A DNA stretch of 64,000 nucleotides from the human T2T-CHM13v2.0 reference genome, Homo sapiens. Position numbers and translations under genes: made by a program. The number at the start of each line of letters is the position of its first letter. Position 1 is the stretch's first letter. Below are positions 1 through 18,219 of this stretch, piece by piece. The notes beneath the pieces were generated by a model. It was given only the letters and a program-made list of their open reading frames with translations, had not been told where the DNA came from and made no database searches. Location: assembly GCF_009914755.1 (NCBI RefSeq), contig NC_060929.1. One strand, given 5' to 3'.

Positions 1-1302
1 ATCTGAGGCACGACATTGCTGCAAATCCAGGCAGCGAGACTGCAGGCCATTTCTCGGCTTTGTCCTTTTGCAGTTTCCCAATCCTAACTATGAGTATAGA
101 CAAGAAGTCAGTCAGCTGGACTTTCTGAACTTTTCCTTGAGTCTTTCTTTGGGCCAAGAGTCCCATATTCCTATGTCTTTCCTTGCAAGATTCTTCTTTT
201 TTTCTCAGTAGCTAAACATATATGTGGCCATGTATAATCATGTTAGCTACTTAAAAAATACCTGCTGCTTTCAAGCAGACATCAAAAGGACACAGCTATA
301 TTTATCTGAAAATGCAGTATCACAAAAGCTTAAGCCTGACTAGGATTCCAGTGTCACCAGACACTTGAATTGTAACAATTTATAACATAAACACTAAATC
401 TACAGGAAAAAAAGCATCAACTTTCAAAGAAATCTTTTGCAATAAATAAAGACTATATACCAGAAAAAGGAAAAAAATTAGTGGCCTTGTATATTTTATG
501 GTTTTATAACTCCAGAAAACTGACATTTTAATCTTTTAAAGCAAATGAAACTATCCTACTTCCTACTATCCATATTTTAGTCTGGTTTGAATAAAAACAC
601 AACATGCACTCTCTGAGATCGACGTCTGCAGTCATACGTGTGTGCTCAGTTAACAAGCACCTAAGTTCTTGCTGAAGTTATATAATCTCTAGATGCTTGA
701 CACATACGTCATGTTGAACATAAAATTCAAGAATAAAAAGTAAGCTGTGCTCTCTGCACATCCGCACACATGTGTGTGCATGCTTCCCAGTGGGAGTGGG
801 AGAGAGACAATGATATAACGTGAGCGTTTCATTTAGTAAACAGGAAGAATCCTTCAGACGTAAGTGAACACGACTCATATCAGAGTCTCATGATCATACA
901 ACTACCTGGTCATTAGAGGCTTCCACCACTATGAAGATCAGTAGATCAAGCAGAAAAATGGGAAAATGATATCAACAATTTTCTCAAAAAGAATACCATA
1001 CTCCATTTTACTTAGATTGGCATTTTGGGTGGGACCAGTACAAAGGGTTATCAACATTGAAAAGGCTTTAAATTCAATTTCTTCATCTGTAAATGGAGGT
1101 GACAGCAGTTATTGCAAAGATGAAAGAGAAATGCTTATAACAAAGTTCAGTGCCTGGCACATCAGTAAAATGTCATCCACCACCACCACCACTATGACAA
1201 GCCAAAAAGGCTGGCTATTCATACAGCGGTTTTTAAATCTGATGCTAGCCAGGCTGGCATTTCACATGTTGCTGCCATTTATAAAAGTTGAATCGGGAAA
1301 GA

Positions 1303-1756
<454 letters not shown>

Positions 1757-1777
1757 TCAATTAAAGCAATCACTAAC

Positions 1778-1849
1778 CTGAAGGCTGATCTTTTACAACA
1801 CCATTCTTGCTTCTTTCTTCCCAATCCATGACTTCTTTGTAAATTAGCT
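1778..1849 (-). CDS. MAPK9: MAPK9 exon 11 ([24 protein letters not shown]), 72 nt
   Basis: Acceptor ttttattaaag|AG and donor TCAG|gttagt; translation matches the JNK2 C-terminal region. Confidence 0.97.
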
Positions 1850-2051
1850 CTTTAATAAAAATACAAGTTAAAATGCTTAATCAGTTTCTAAACAGTTTCA
1901 CTGTATCTCTAAACTCTGCTTCCAAATCAACTGGAACAAAGGCATTGCGATTTGTTATTTTTAATTGTAAGACAGAGTCAATTCAGTAATATAGTCTACC
2001 TGGACCAAAATATTCATGTTTTGATACATTATATCTTTTCTTTTCTTCTTC

Positions 2052-2351
2052 TTTTTTTTTTTTTTTTTTTTGAGACAGTCTCATGCTGTCATCCAGGCTG
2101 GAGTACAGTGGCATGGTCTTGACTCACTGCAACCTCCACCTCCTGGATTCAAGTGATTCTCATGCCTCAGCCATCCAAATTGCTGGGATTACAGGTGTTC
2201 ACCACCATGCCTGGCTAACTTTTGTAGTTTTTGTAGAGACAGGGTTTCGCTATGTTGGCTAGGCTTGTCTTGAATTCCTGGCCTCAAGCCATCTGCCCCA
2301 CTTGGCCTCCCAAAGTCCTGGGATTACAGGTGTGAGCCACTGCGCCTGGAC
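2052..2351 (-). mobile_element. Alu (J or old S)
   Basis: Poly-T followed by antisense Alu consensus. Confidence 0.9.
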
Positions 2352-3334
2352 TACATTACATCTTTTTCAATGCAACTAGTAAGGCAGCAAAACATGTAGG
2401 GTGGTTCTGGATCCATAAGGGGGCTTTATGAAGTGGAGTGGCTCCCACAGAACACTGTAGGGGATTGGATATTCTCACACCCATTTGAATATGTTTCTCT
2501 ATGTGGTTACTTGGGGTTCTCCAAAGGTAACCAGCACCCACATGTGGGCTAGGAGCCCCCCACACTGGCCAGAAATGAATCCACAGGCCTAAGTCTTTTC
2601 TTAATTTCAACTTCGGTTTTCCTCAACTTTCATCTGTAAGAAAAACTAATTACCTACGAAGTAAGTGATGAGGGATTCCTAAAATGTCAGTATTCATAAA
2701 CCAACATTAGCACGTTGCAAGCATTCGCTGAGGCCAGTGAGCATTGACTGAGGCCAGTGAGCACGCTGTGTGCATGCACTGCTGAGCACGGGCACACACA
2801 GGTAACCGGCACTCCCACACCCCAGGATGGCCCTGGGGCATGACCCTCATCAGTGTTGACTGACTCTGACTGTGGTTCTCAGTTACTACTGATCCTGCTT
2901 CTTAATGAAAAATTGTTAGTTCAACCTCTTCATTACAGGTATAGTTTGTTGTGGGTTGTTTGGTTAATCTTATAGTGGTAATAATACCTATTTGCATATT
3001 TTCAATCTGCAATTTCCCCCAAACTAGATTTTAAAACATATGTACAACTACATGGCTTAAAAACATATCAATCAATATAAGTATGATACAATTACTAAGC
3101 TCAGTTTATAAATCAATATGTGAAAAGCCATGAAAAAAATATTATTTTTCCCTCTTGAAGCAAATGATAAGAAATTCATAAATGTTCCTCTCTAACTCTG
3201 TTCTCTTCAAGTTCATTTTCTACTGGAAACTGGGGAGAAAGAGGCTAAGTGGGTCGCAGGGTTTCTTGCCCCTTCCTGAAGGGAAATGTCACAAAATGAA
3301 AAGCCTCTGCTCTACAGGATTGGAAGAAATGTCA

Positions 3335-3430
<96 letters not shown>

Positions 3431-4215
3431 CTAAAAATTAAATCATATGTAAAGTCAACAGTAATGCCTCAAAAAAAAATGAGGCACTAAAAAAGGTAAA
3501 ATTGCTTGGAAGACTTCTAGTCTATTTATGATATGGATTTAGTTTAATTCAACACGTGGTTTAATAAAGATTTGTCATGTGATATTATATCAACTTTAGA
3601 ATCAAAATAATTATGAAAAAGTTAACCAAAGAAGAGTTATTATGTTCCTCTTAATAATCACCTGACCTCAAAACGCAGACATCTGCCCAGATGTCATTAG
3701 AAACTCATCATCACAGGCTGTTTCCCAGAGACCCATTATGGACAAGGCACTGTGCTGGCAGCTATGGAAGGTACTGTTGTTTCTTAGAACAAATTTTACA
3801 TTTTCTTCATGGGAGAACTCCCAAATCCAATGTCCAACTCATAAATGGACTGTTATAAAAGTCTGCTTATAAATTGGATTCTTTTTATATAAAACAATGT
3901 TTAAACTGATGGCAAAACCACAGGCCATGACATAAACATGTATTTCACTCATGGCATGAAGGAAGCCTGCCACTACGCAGTGATTTCCCTCACAGCTAAA
4001 GCTCACTCACACCAGTGCTGACACAGAAACACGCACGTGAGCACCAAACTCAGAGTGGAGCTCCTCCAGCGGGGGAACCAGGAGCTACAATGCCTTTAGG
4101 GAAGGATAAACAGACGTGTGATTTTTCAGCAAGTTGCTCAGCCTCTCTGGTTAAGTGGCCTAAACAAGAGGATGTAACCAAAGCCAATGGCACAGAATAG
4201 ATGCTTAATAAACTA

Positions 4216-4650
<435 letters not shown>

Positions 4651-4723
4651 TCATACAATAAAGAACTAAATATGACAACACAGATAGAACAAAGATATAT
4701 TAATTTTGAGAAATGTTTGATAG

Positions 4724-5042
<319 letters not shown>

Positions 5043-5980
5043 TAACCCAAACATTTTTAAGAAAAAGTCAAATGTCCACTTTCATGACAAACCAGGTTTC
5101 CAAATGTAGTTTTACGCCTCTGGATCTGCAAGGGGAAGAGAAACCTGGGCCCCCAGGGTGGTGGGGAAGAGCACCAGGCAGCCTCAGACCAATGTCTGGG
5201 CAGGGCCCAAGGCTGGGAAACCACAGCAAGGAAGGTGGCAATTGCCGAGCTGCGGGTGGCACTGCCCAGAGTGTGGGCATGAGGCACGGGGGAGTATTTT
5301 TCTCTAAGTCACATCGAAATGAAATTAGAACAGACTTTTCAAACCACACAACAATCTCACATTCCCACAGGATAAAACACTCACAGATGCTTCTGGCTGG
5401 CCTAGCTGTATACAGTGCTGGCAACTTACACTTTTTTTTTTAATCTACAGATTGGTATTTAGGAAAAAGAAAAACAAGTTCAATAACTTAGTTAAATATA
5501 AGGCTCACCTAGGTTTTGTCAATTAAAGTTCACAACCTGAATAAGCAAAGACTGGGGCTTTTCTGATTAAGGCACAGTTTACCTTCATGCGGACAGAATC
5601 AAATCTTTTCTTTTTCCTTAAACAATCACACTGTAGTAAAGGGTGCAGGAGAAGGTGGGGAGGAAGGACCTTTTTCATCGAACAACTGTCACATCGCTTC
5701 TGACTCTAGAATCTGCATTAAGTGTTCTTCTTACCTGAAAACTTTTTGAATTCCAGTTGCTGTAACTGTAACATAAGATTCTTTCAGACTGATTTGATTA
5801 TTTTTATTTTGGCCAAAGGCTTCAATTAAGCCGTCTTATAGAGGATAAAGCTTCTAGACCTTTAAGCTTTCTCTCCTCAGTGCCTTCGTACCTCAGACTT
5901 CAGGCCTAAAATGACTTTCTCTCCCAAAACACAGGTTTTTAGAATACAAACATGAAAGAGTGAAAGCACCACCTGAATTA

Positions 5981-6241
<261 letters not shown>

Positions 6242-7299
6242 TCACAGTACATGCGGCAGCATCACTTGAATAATATTTAAACCTATCGACTAGGCCACCC
6301 CACTGGATCAGCAGCGGAATTTTGAAATAATATTCAAATAAGGTTTGGGTTTCCAAGTTACACTATTTTTTAAAACTCTCACACTCTGCATCTTCATAAA
6401 CTATGATCACAGTTTATTAAATCAACACAATGAAGTCTACACACCTTCCCACTCTAGTTCAAAATAAAGTTTATCTTATAACTAAGAATACCTATAGCAA
6501 AAATGATTAAACACGAAATTAGATAAACATTACATAAGCAAATTGAAATCAGTTTTCATACTAATGCTACCTTAGATTCATTCACAGCTCTCTAAAGAAC
6601 AGAGGATCTCAAGGGACCTGTGGAGAGACCTATCTGACCTCCTCAGTTTACAGCTGGGAACCAAGCAACTGGGCTTAGACTGAGCCCAGCGACAGCTTTC
6701 AAATGATGCTCTATTTTACTTGGAACTGACTCTTCCCAACCATCACTGCGATCCCTAGGTAATGCATTTTATTTCCTTTCAAAGTGCGTGACCTGGGTTT
6801 CAGACTCAACTCTGCATTAAACACTCAGTGTGTCAGGAAAGTCAGGCTTCCTTGGGGTCTGTTTCCTTATTTGTTCAATGCAGACATTACCAGCTTTGCC
6901 TATTCCACAGGGTGCTTGTTAGGCTTGGGATAATTAGGATTACATGTGGGAAAGTGACACTGAAACTGTACTCGCTATACAAGAGAATGCAAGTGAGAAA
7001 AAAATAGCATCAACAGCAGCTTAAAAAAGTGCTCACTGAGGCATGTCTTAGAAAAATGAACTTACATCACCATGAAATAACCTAGGGAACTGGTACATGA
7101 ACTCAGTTCTTCCAAAATGTTATACTTCCAAAAGACCCGCTCAGGAAATGTGTTTCTGGCATTCAATTCACTAGCAAATTCTCCTTCCTACTCCTGGTTC
7201 ATACATATTGTCAAATCAGAATTATGCCCACATTTTATTTACCTATTTAGCCAAAATGTGAAAACTGTCTCACACCTTTTCCTTCTGCCATATATACAT

Positions 7300-7592
<293 letters not shown>

Positions 7593-7936
7593 ACCTTATA
7601 CTTTTGATACCTCTTCTGCCTGCTCACTCCCACAGACTTCCCAGGATGCACCCACCCAGCATCTGTGTGCCATTTGCCACACAGCAACCATCTGGGCTCC
7701 CGGCTACACTAAGCCTGCTCAGCTCTAGACCCTAACCCCCCTGACTCAAGGACAAGCTCCCTCAACTCTTCCTTCTCCAACATCATCGACATTTTGCACT
7801 CTACCAATACATTCCACCACGTTGGTAAATGATGGTGTTTTCTCCTATGTTAACACAGTAGCTGCTTTCCTTTGGCCCTACCTATCGCTTTATTTCTTAT
7901 TCCTATTTGCAGCAAAAACTTCCATAAAGAGCTGTC

Positions 7937-8369
<433 letters not shown>

Positions 8370-10842
8370 TCACAAGGCCCAGGGGCCAATCCCCCGTCCT
8401 CATCTCCTCATGTGAATGAGCCTCCCTCAGTCACCACACTCTAGGAGGAGGGGTCACGTGAGTGCCTTCTCCATTTCCTTCCCTATTCCCTTTGTCCCTC
8501 CACCTCAAGGGGGCTAAGTCCCGGGTCCTGGTCTCTTCCTCCCCTGCAAATGCTCGCTACCAGTCCTAGGCTTCAAGGCTACCGACAGACGGATGACACC
8601 CACTTTGATCTCTCTATCCCAGACCTTGCCCCTAAATTCCACTGTCTAACAGACATCTCCAAACCCTAGCAAGGCTCCTTGAAGGGTCCAGCTTCAAAGC
8701 AGAGTACAAGCCCATCTCCCCGGCCACACCCCTACCCGCCTGCTGGGGGCCTCCACCTCTCCTCTGGATGATGGCAGCCTCTGCTCTGTTCTCCTGCTCT
8801 GCCCTGCCCTTGACGATCCACCCTCAATTCAGCAGCTGGGAGGAGCCTCTTTGCATCTCAGTCAGACTAGGCACCCAGAAATGGGCAGGTGAGAGAAATA
8901 TCTGCTGGGTTAATGATAAAGGACTAGAAATTAAACCAGTTGTGAGAGGAGACCCACAGATTCCCCGAGAGGACTCCACCCCAGCATCCTACAGGTGGGA
9001 GGGATGGGGGACAGATGAGAGGGACGGGGGAAGGGGAACAATAATTCCGACAAGCCCAGTGGACCCTGTTGTCTAACTCTCGTGAAGCTGCAGGCAGACC
9101 ACAGGTCTATTTTACAGAAGGGGAAACCAAGGCTCAGAGAGGCCCTAAATTTCTCAAGGATGCATGGCTGCCAAGGGGAGGAGTCTGAGCTGGGGCCCGA
9201 GGTGGCCGGGCTAAAGCTTTCTCTTTCTCATAGACCACCGCAGGGACAGGAGTTCCTTTTCTACCCCGGGTCGCAAATTAAAGCAAATCTCTGAGACCCT
9301 CAGTCTGATTTCTGCAACTTTTTTCTATCTCCCAAATTTCAATCTAATATTTGAAAGAGTTGGCAAAATTTTCTTTAGAAAATGATGTTAAACTCTGTGT
9401 GGCTTTTGGGAATAACATTAGGTAACCTTATATATAACACTATTAATTACTGACATTAATGTTCATATGTATAGCAGGAATTTTAATTTTACTTACTAAA
9501 ATGCACCAAAAAGTACTCACATTTTTCATTTTTGTACTTTTTGAAGAAAACATTTTGTAATAAAACAAGGAATGGCACAAAATGAGTAAGAATTGAGACA
9601 AACTGAACATTAAGTAGATATTTCTAAATTATTAGTCTTTTAATTTTTCAACTTTTCCCTTTTTAATTAAGTTTACTTGCAAAATAAAGACGTCCTTATT
9701 TATAGGTTGCAACAAGTGAATCTGAGATGAGGCTATGGAAACTGCTAGAAAATTTAGTAGAACAAATAAAATAACTTGACATATTATATAATCTATGATA
9801 TAGAAAATGTAAAGAAAGGTAAATAAAATGAGAGAAATAAAAATATTTTCACTTTAAGTTTGCACTGTGAAGAATTTATAAGGAGACCACTTTGATAAAA
9901 TTATTAAAATCTGAAATTATTTTCCTAAGATACATACAAAACACTGACTATGGAGCTTGATTTCCTTAAAAGCAACCATCAATCTGCCCAAGGATGGAGA
10001 CCAATTTAAACTTTCATAACGAAAACAAAGTCAAAGACTAATGAAAAACTAAGTGGTTAAAACACAAATGAAAAAGGGAAGATGTGAAGAACCATGTTAG
10101 GGTAAAAAATACTGAGGATGGAAGAATGGCAAATGAGGAAAGAAGGCTACTGTAACAATTAGAGTAGTTATTCTCCTTTCTGCTGTATCTCTAACATGAC
10201 TTGCTGACTACAGTATGAGTTTATCTCTTTCATTTTACATTTATTTTGACTTCCCCAGTGTGTCACAAAATAACCCACTAGACAGATTTTTAAAAAAAAT
10301 TCTACAAAATGTCAGCACAGTAACAAACAAGAAAGTTTAACATATTGTTCCTCACAAAATTTTCATTTTAATCTCTTTCACTTAGGTCCTTTGTAATGTG
10401 CTTCAGTTCTTACTTTGGGGGAAAATATTTCAATGCATACCAGTAACTAACAAAATAGTACTTAATTAAAGCACACAAGCACACTAGCCTATTAAATTTA
10501 GATAGCATCTTTCCTAGTTAAATTAACGGAATAAACTAAATAATACAGTATTTTCATTTAAATATCAGAATATACTTATCAAAGAGTAAATAATTTCTTC
10601 TATGTGTCCAGCTATTTTTGGCAAAATTAAGAGCTAATATAATCGGTTTAACTGAACTCTAAGTCTCAAAGTCATCACAGGTAGTCAAGTTAAAAATAAA
10701 GAATGAAATTGAACCACTTGGCTTGTGACACTAATTAACAAATACAGTAAAGCCCCCCTTAGAACACAGTCTGGAGTGGATTTTACGACTTTGTCCTCGT
10801 GAGCGCTCGTGTAAGCAGGTGGTCATGCTGCCTGAGGCATTA

Positions 10843-10977
<135 letters not shown>

Positions 10978-11174
10978 TTATGAAGTGCCATGAACAAAAC
11001 AAAAGTGAGGAAAAGGAATTCTAACAGTGCACTAAACACACAAATATGGAAAAATAAATTGCTAGCTAAGGGTGACATTTTACACAATATGAATGATTGC
11101 TGACCTCTATTTTAGCCTTCGGTTTGTAGCAATCTGGGGTTTTAGTGCCAAAGAGTCCAATACTTTATAGCTTA

Positions 11175-11420
<246 letters not shown>

Positions 11421-12334
11421 TCAAACCCCCTCCCAGGACAAACCCGGTACACGTCACTAGCTTGCCGGCGGGAGCCTCTGTGCGTTGTTGATAACACACC
11501 TCCTGAGCGATCATTTTCTAGACTGCCCCGTCAGAAAGGCAGCAGCACTCACTGGCGGCACAGGCTGGCTGGCTTGCAGGACTGCAGGTGAGGCCCTGCT
11601 AGAGGGGCCCAGACTTCCACGGTGCCCACCCTCATCTGTGGGGCCTCAGACAGACAGCAGAGGCCTCTAAGTGCCCTGCTGGCGGGCCGAGGGGAGAAGT
11701 GAACAGGGGATCAAGTTTTCTCTCCCCTCCACAGGAAGCACATGAAGCTGTGCCCCTCAGGGTGGGAACACAAGCTACAACGCAGCAAGATGAACCTGTA
11801 GCAAAACTCATTTCAGATGACCCGGGCAAACTTTCAGTCTTTTTAAAAATAAGTAAGCGTGATTTCGTTATTTTCAACAAATTTGCTAAAAGCCAAGTTT
11901 CAAAGAGCTCTGATATTGCTAGAATAAGCTAAGTTTTGATGTAAAAAGACACCAATTTTACATGAAAACATGTGTTATTCTATTTACATCAAATTCAAAA
12001 AAACAATATGCAGACCAACAAATAAAGCTGATCCATGGTACTGGAGATCAGGAGATTGGCCAGCCTCGTGGGCTGCGAGGAGGGGCCATGGGGAGGCCAG
12101 AGCTGCTGCTGCTGTGGGTGTGCTCACCTCAGCTGAGCTGCACACTCAGGATTTGCACACTTGGCTATAGACAGCTTAACTCTGATTAAAAAGTTCAAAA
12201 ATAACAATTTTAAAAGTGAATTTTTAAAAGAGAATGATTTTAACCAATGGAAAAACACAATTAATTATTTCTTATCTCTGGATCATGCTATATTCTGGGT
12301 GTAACAGTCCCCACAGTATATATCATATGGTTCA

Positions 12335-12580
<246 letters not shown>

Positions 12581-12874
12581 CTAGGAAAGAAATGGCTTAA
12601 ATTAGTAAAATGAATGAAGCATGCTAAATAAACTACTTCACATCCGTGAGGGTCGTGAAGCCAGTGTGAGAGTGTAGGGAGTGAACTGAACTCTGAGATT
12701 TGGGAACAACTTTGGAAAATCTTACTCTCAAATTGAAACTAAAACAAATCAGCCTAAAGCCGTCAGATGGTGCCCCTTACCCCCAGTGGAAACCTTCATG
12801 GCCCCCATTTGCCCTTTCTGTGGTCTCGCAGGCCCTCAGGCTGTCCTATCTACCCTCCATCCATGCATCTACAC

Positions 12875-13072
12875 GTCCAGCACACATGCCCCCCTCCCGC
12901 TCTCCACGCCTGGACTTGAGTTCCCCAATACTCTGACTCTCTCTTGCTAAGGTCCTCATGCTCTCTGTCAGTCCAGCACACACGGCCCCCTCCTGCTCTC
13001 CACGCCTGGACTTGAGTTCCCCAATACTCTGACTCTCTCTTGCTAAGGTCCTCATGCTGTCTGTCAGTCCAG
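12875..13072. repeat. 96-bp tandem duplication (2 copies)
   Basis: gtccag recurs at 12875, 12971 and 13067 with near-identical intervening sequence. Confidence 0.92.
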
Positions 13073-13074
13073 GG

Positions 13075-13389
13075 CAGTGCTGTCCCACAGACAATGTCAT
13101 ATAATGCGAACGATGTGTATAATTTACATTTTCTACTAGCCATGCTCAACAGCATGCAGAAATAGGTGAAATTAATTTTAATCATACAGTATATTTTTTT
13201 AACCCAATATATCCATAATATTATCATTTCAAAATGTAATCAACATAAGAAAAATACTGAGATATTTTACATTCTCTTTTTAGTACTGAGCCTTTGAAGT
13301 CCAGTATGTATTTTACAACTGCAGCACGGCCACATCCTGAGTGCTCCACAGCCTCCTGTGGTTAGTGGCTGCCATACTGGACAGCACAG
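13075..13389. mobile_element. MER33-like hAT-Charlie DNA transposon fossil
   Basis: Ends cagtgctgtcc...ggacagcacag form terminal inverted repeats; AT-rich interior resembles MER33. Confidence 0.8.
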
Positions 13390-16300
13390 GTCTAGAATCG
13401 TCTGATCCTGGAATCTTCCCATGGCTCTTTCTCTCCTTGGAAGAGCAATTCCATGATCATCCACCTCCAATCTTCTCACCTTCGCCACAAAGACACGCCA
13501 GCACTGGTGCTGCTGTCTCCATCTGTACGTGGCACAAAAACTCACCTGCTCATGTTCTGGTTGCTACCTCTCTTCCCTCCCCAGTGCTGACTCTGTGTGA
13601 GCTCTCAGCACTCAGAAGCACGCCTGGCGCGAGCAGACACTTGGGAAGTGTCTGCAGAATGAAGACATGCATCATATTCCACCTGACTTGCAAAGCCTTA
13701 ACACAACTTCTGCAACCTTTTCCCTCATAACTAAGGGATTTTCTTCCTGCTGATCCTCCACCCTAGCCCCTTCCTCAGGCCTTAGGAATTTGACTTTTGC
13801 CTGGGGACTTCGGCCTGCAAACTCACTTGAGAAACTGTGACTTGTAAACAACCCACACCCATTCTTTTCACAAGAGTAGTGCACCTGCAATGTCAAACTG
13901 CCAAGCCACTGACATGGCGTAAGGCATGAGGATACTTTACCCAGGAAGTTGCAGGTTCAGTAGCACTGCCTAGCACCTGCCTGTAAGACACCCCAACTGA
14001 CGGGCCACAAGGGGGGTTGCAGGCGGCATGCCTCAGTGAAGGCTGTGGGGCTGTCATCAGGGCAAGCAGGAAGCCATTTCGACATTGACAACAGGTACAA
14101 TTACACTGCCATGCTGCTAAGTGACCTGTTTCTAGGCTTCCTAGATTCTGTAAGATTTAAATGATAAACATATAATGTTTAAAAATGCAGTCACAATCTC
14201 TACCTGGCCCCAAAAAGAGGCCCCCAGCCCCTCCATTCCACCTTAGAGTACTGTGCAGACACCCCCGGTTCCCAGAAAGGCCTGAGAGGAAGAAACCGGG
14301 CTGCCTCCCTGCATGAAGGAAAGCCAGGGAGAAGCAGCCCACATTCAACCAGGGACGCTCCGCTGTGAGGACCAAGTCAGGGAGCTAAGACCAAATGAAC
14401 GAATTCGCTTCTTGTTTCCTTTTTTAAAATCAAAGAGTATGACAAGAACAGGCATTTTAGAACATAAATTACTAACAGATAAAATAATGCTCAATCTCAC
14501 AAAAATCTTCTTTAAAAACCCAAAATGAATGCCCATTTTTAGTCTATCACTTGGCAGCGATGGAAAGCAAGCAGACTCGGTGCTGGCGGGAGAAGCAGAA
14601 ACAGGCGCTTCCTCAGGCCACAGAGGGTGTGCAGTGGGCACTTTCTCTCCAGGAGGCTGATTTCTGAGGTGTGAAATGCACACACTTCCCCAGCCAGCAG
14701 GCCCTGAAGCCCAGCCCACCCAGAACTAACAGCACGGCCGCAGGAGCAAGGAAGACAAGGACAGCCTGGTTCTACCAAGGACAGACGCAGCAGTGGAACC
14801 ATCTCCACGGGCTGCCTGCCAGCTCTGTGAACCCCAGTGCGCCAGAAACACGCTCATCTGAAGACACTGCCATCTGTCAAAAAACTGTCATCACATACTA
14901 ATTTAACAGGAAAAGCACACTTTACTGCCGTCTGCTGGAAGACTGTGGTGATAAAGTCCCAAGCTTGTGTGGGTGCTCTGTGTGGCCAATGGGGAGGTGG
15001 CTAAGGAGGTGCTCTCCCCGCACCCTGGGACCCTCTCTAGTCACCCCCAAAATACAACCTGAGGCAGCTTCCCAACACCTCACTTCAATTTCAAGACAGC
15101 AGAGGAAAGACAGTTCTGCCCCTTCAAGTCTTGAAAATCACTCAGAACAAAGAAGACAAATGCCAAGTACAGATCCAAGTGACGCCTGGATCGGGGCGTG
15201 ACGCCTGGATCGGGGCTTGGCTCCCAAAATGCCTGGAACCCAACGCTACCCTGTGGGCAGCAGTGAGGGTACCCACAGCACCCGCAGCATGAGTGGGGCA
15301 GGTGCTGACCTCCCCCACTGCCCGCTCAACTCTGGGATCCAGACCCACTGCTTGAGAGGTATCCCAGGAAGGAGCACATCATGACAGGTGTCCACTGTCT
15401 GGCCTTGCCGGTCCTTCCCCACAGGTACCTGTGGCCACCCACCGGGTAAGAACAGCCAGGCACTCTTGAGGATGAATGGACACAGCTCTAAGTAGACACT
15501 GAAACCCGAAGACCCCAAACACTCTCAGGGCTCCTCCACTTGCAGGGTTCGTGGGGTCAGGGGTCAGGGGTCAGGGCATAAGTGAAGTCTGGGCCAGGTC
15601 TCTTGCGGCCATGTTATGGGAGGGTGGGAACGTTAGCAAAGGCTTAGAGCAAGGCTGTGAGAGAACATTGCTGTCCAGCCTGCAGCAGTGTGGGCGCTGT
15701 CTGGGCCTCTCTTCTAATCAGTGTGGAGGATGCATTTGCCCCATCAACATGCCAGACCTGAGGCCTTATTAATCTGCTCCAGCAACAACTGCACCTTGAC
15801 ATGCACAGCAGCTGCGGCCAGGACTGCCAGTGCCGTAAGCCTGTGGCCGTCTGGGGTCATTCTCCAGAATCCATGCAGCTTCTTCAAGGGCTGGACTAAC
15901 GAGTTAGACTGGGATGCAAGATACCACTGTCTCTGCTCCCCTGAGGCTTCCATGGTGGCCCTAGTCTCCTCCACCCACCCCGGGCCCTGCAGGGTGTGAT
16001 CTTGTTTTTGATTTACTATCTTGGGGGCAGTTTCAGGTTTCCATTTGGCCTTCCCACTGTGACGACTCTTACTCACAGGCCAAGGAACTCGTGTGGGCGT
16101 TACTCCACCTGCCAAGCGCCTCCGCTCCGGCTACACACTGAGGACTGGGGAGACGGCCACTGGGTGGCCTGGGACCCTGTGGCCCACTGAGAGCCACCAG
16201 ACACAGACGGCTCAGGAATGAAGGCCTGGGACACAGGCCAGGCAAGCCACAGAGGCCTGCCAATGTGAGAGCTGAGGGTATGAATAACAGGAAAGGGTAG

Positions 16301-17201
16301 GGAAAGAGCCAGCAGAGAGACCACAGTGACAGGGACTACAGGGTGTCCCACTAACCTCTGTCTTCCAGATTTCCCCTGAGGAAGAGAGAACCATGGGCGC
16401 CACAGGAAAGCCATTCCCAACTTATGTGGAGAAGTAGAGCTGAGTGGGCCAGGGTGGACTGTGGGGTCCACGGAAATGCACTCCTTGGTCTCCCGCCACA
16501 GGAGTGAGAGTGACAGATGGCCCAGTGTGGTGTCTGCACCCACCCTCTGTCCCTGCCAGGGCACACCTCCCACAGAGCCGTCAGCCAGGGGCCGACCGGG
16601 CAGGGATGCTGAGGCAGGCCCGTTCCTGTGTGACACTGGAGGCCCTCAGAGCTGCACCGCAGTCTGGACCAGGCCTCTGAGGGGCCAGGACTGCACTGCG
16701 TTCAGCTAGCATTTGCTGCCTCCTCTGGCTGCTCCCCCTTCCTTCTCGCACAGGCCTCCTCCCGGCCAGTCCCTCGCCTGTCTAACCCACCGTGGCATGC
16801 GGAAGCCGCCCACGAAAAGCCCCACGCTACAGGGACAGGAAGCTGCAGGGCCGCCCAAATGCCCTAGCTGAGCGAAGGAAATGCCAACCTCTATAAATGG
16901 CCACGACACCCAGGAAAGGCTCAGCAAGTGAAATGCAGGTGCTATGGAGGCAGAAGAGGCAAGGGTAGCACTTGGAGAAGTTTTCATTTTATTGAAAGTC
17001 CAAGTACGTAGTAGATGTCCCAGATCCCCATCTCCATCCCAGAAGTGAGGCTCCACTCCTTCCTCACTCCTGCTGGCCCTTCACGCAGAGAAACTGATGC
17101 CCAGCTTCCAGGTGCAGGGCCACAGGCGCCGCATGCACAGTCCTGTGGGTACCAACAGGGAAGGCACGGTGAGGCCTGCCTGCAACAGGGCTGCCTGGTG
17201 A

Positions 17202-17732
<531 letters not shown>

Positions 17733-18219
17733 TAATGTTTCAATCTTAAACATGATCCAACCAGACATTTGGGGAAAGCCTTGCGTGTGACAGGGAGGGA
17801 CCTAACACACTAAAAAAGGAACTCTCAGTAGAGAAAGACAATGCAGGGAGTGATAAAACCCTTCAACAAAAGCTTATCCTCAGAGATGATAGTATATACA
17901 TGCAACAAGAACAGAATGCTGTAAAAAGGAACTTTTAAGAGCAAATGAGTGTCAATTAACTCGTGCTTCAGAGAAAAAGAATAAAGAATGGAGTTAAGAG
18001 GACATTCTGAAAGAAATGATATAAATTTCTCAGACCTCTATAATATGTGCTTCCAGACTGAAGGCCAAGTGCCCAGCAAAACTAAAGAAAAAATGCCCAC
18101 ATCAAGGCATACATCAAAACATCTCAGAATACAAGGAATAAATAACTGAGTTTAAAAGTTTCCAGAGATAAAACCAAACCAAAACCCAAAACCACAGCAC
18201 TTAAAAAAGGTTAGTCATC

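Noticed and set aside
2728-2763. 20-bp direct repeat (a similar 19-bp doublet lies at about 15179-15217)
   Set aside because: Ordinary slippage duplications with only two copies and no spacer structure.
5728-5740. Consensus donor CAG|gtaaga in intron 8
   Set aside because: No convincing upstream acceptor was found.
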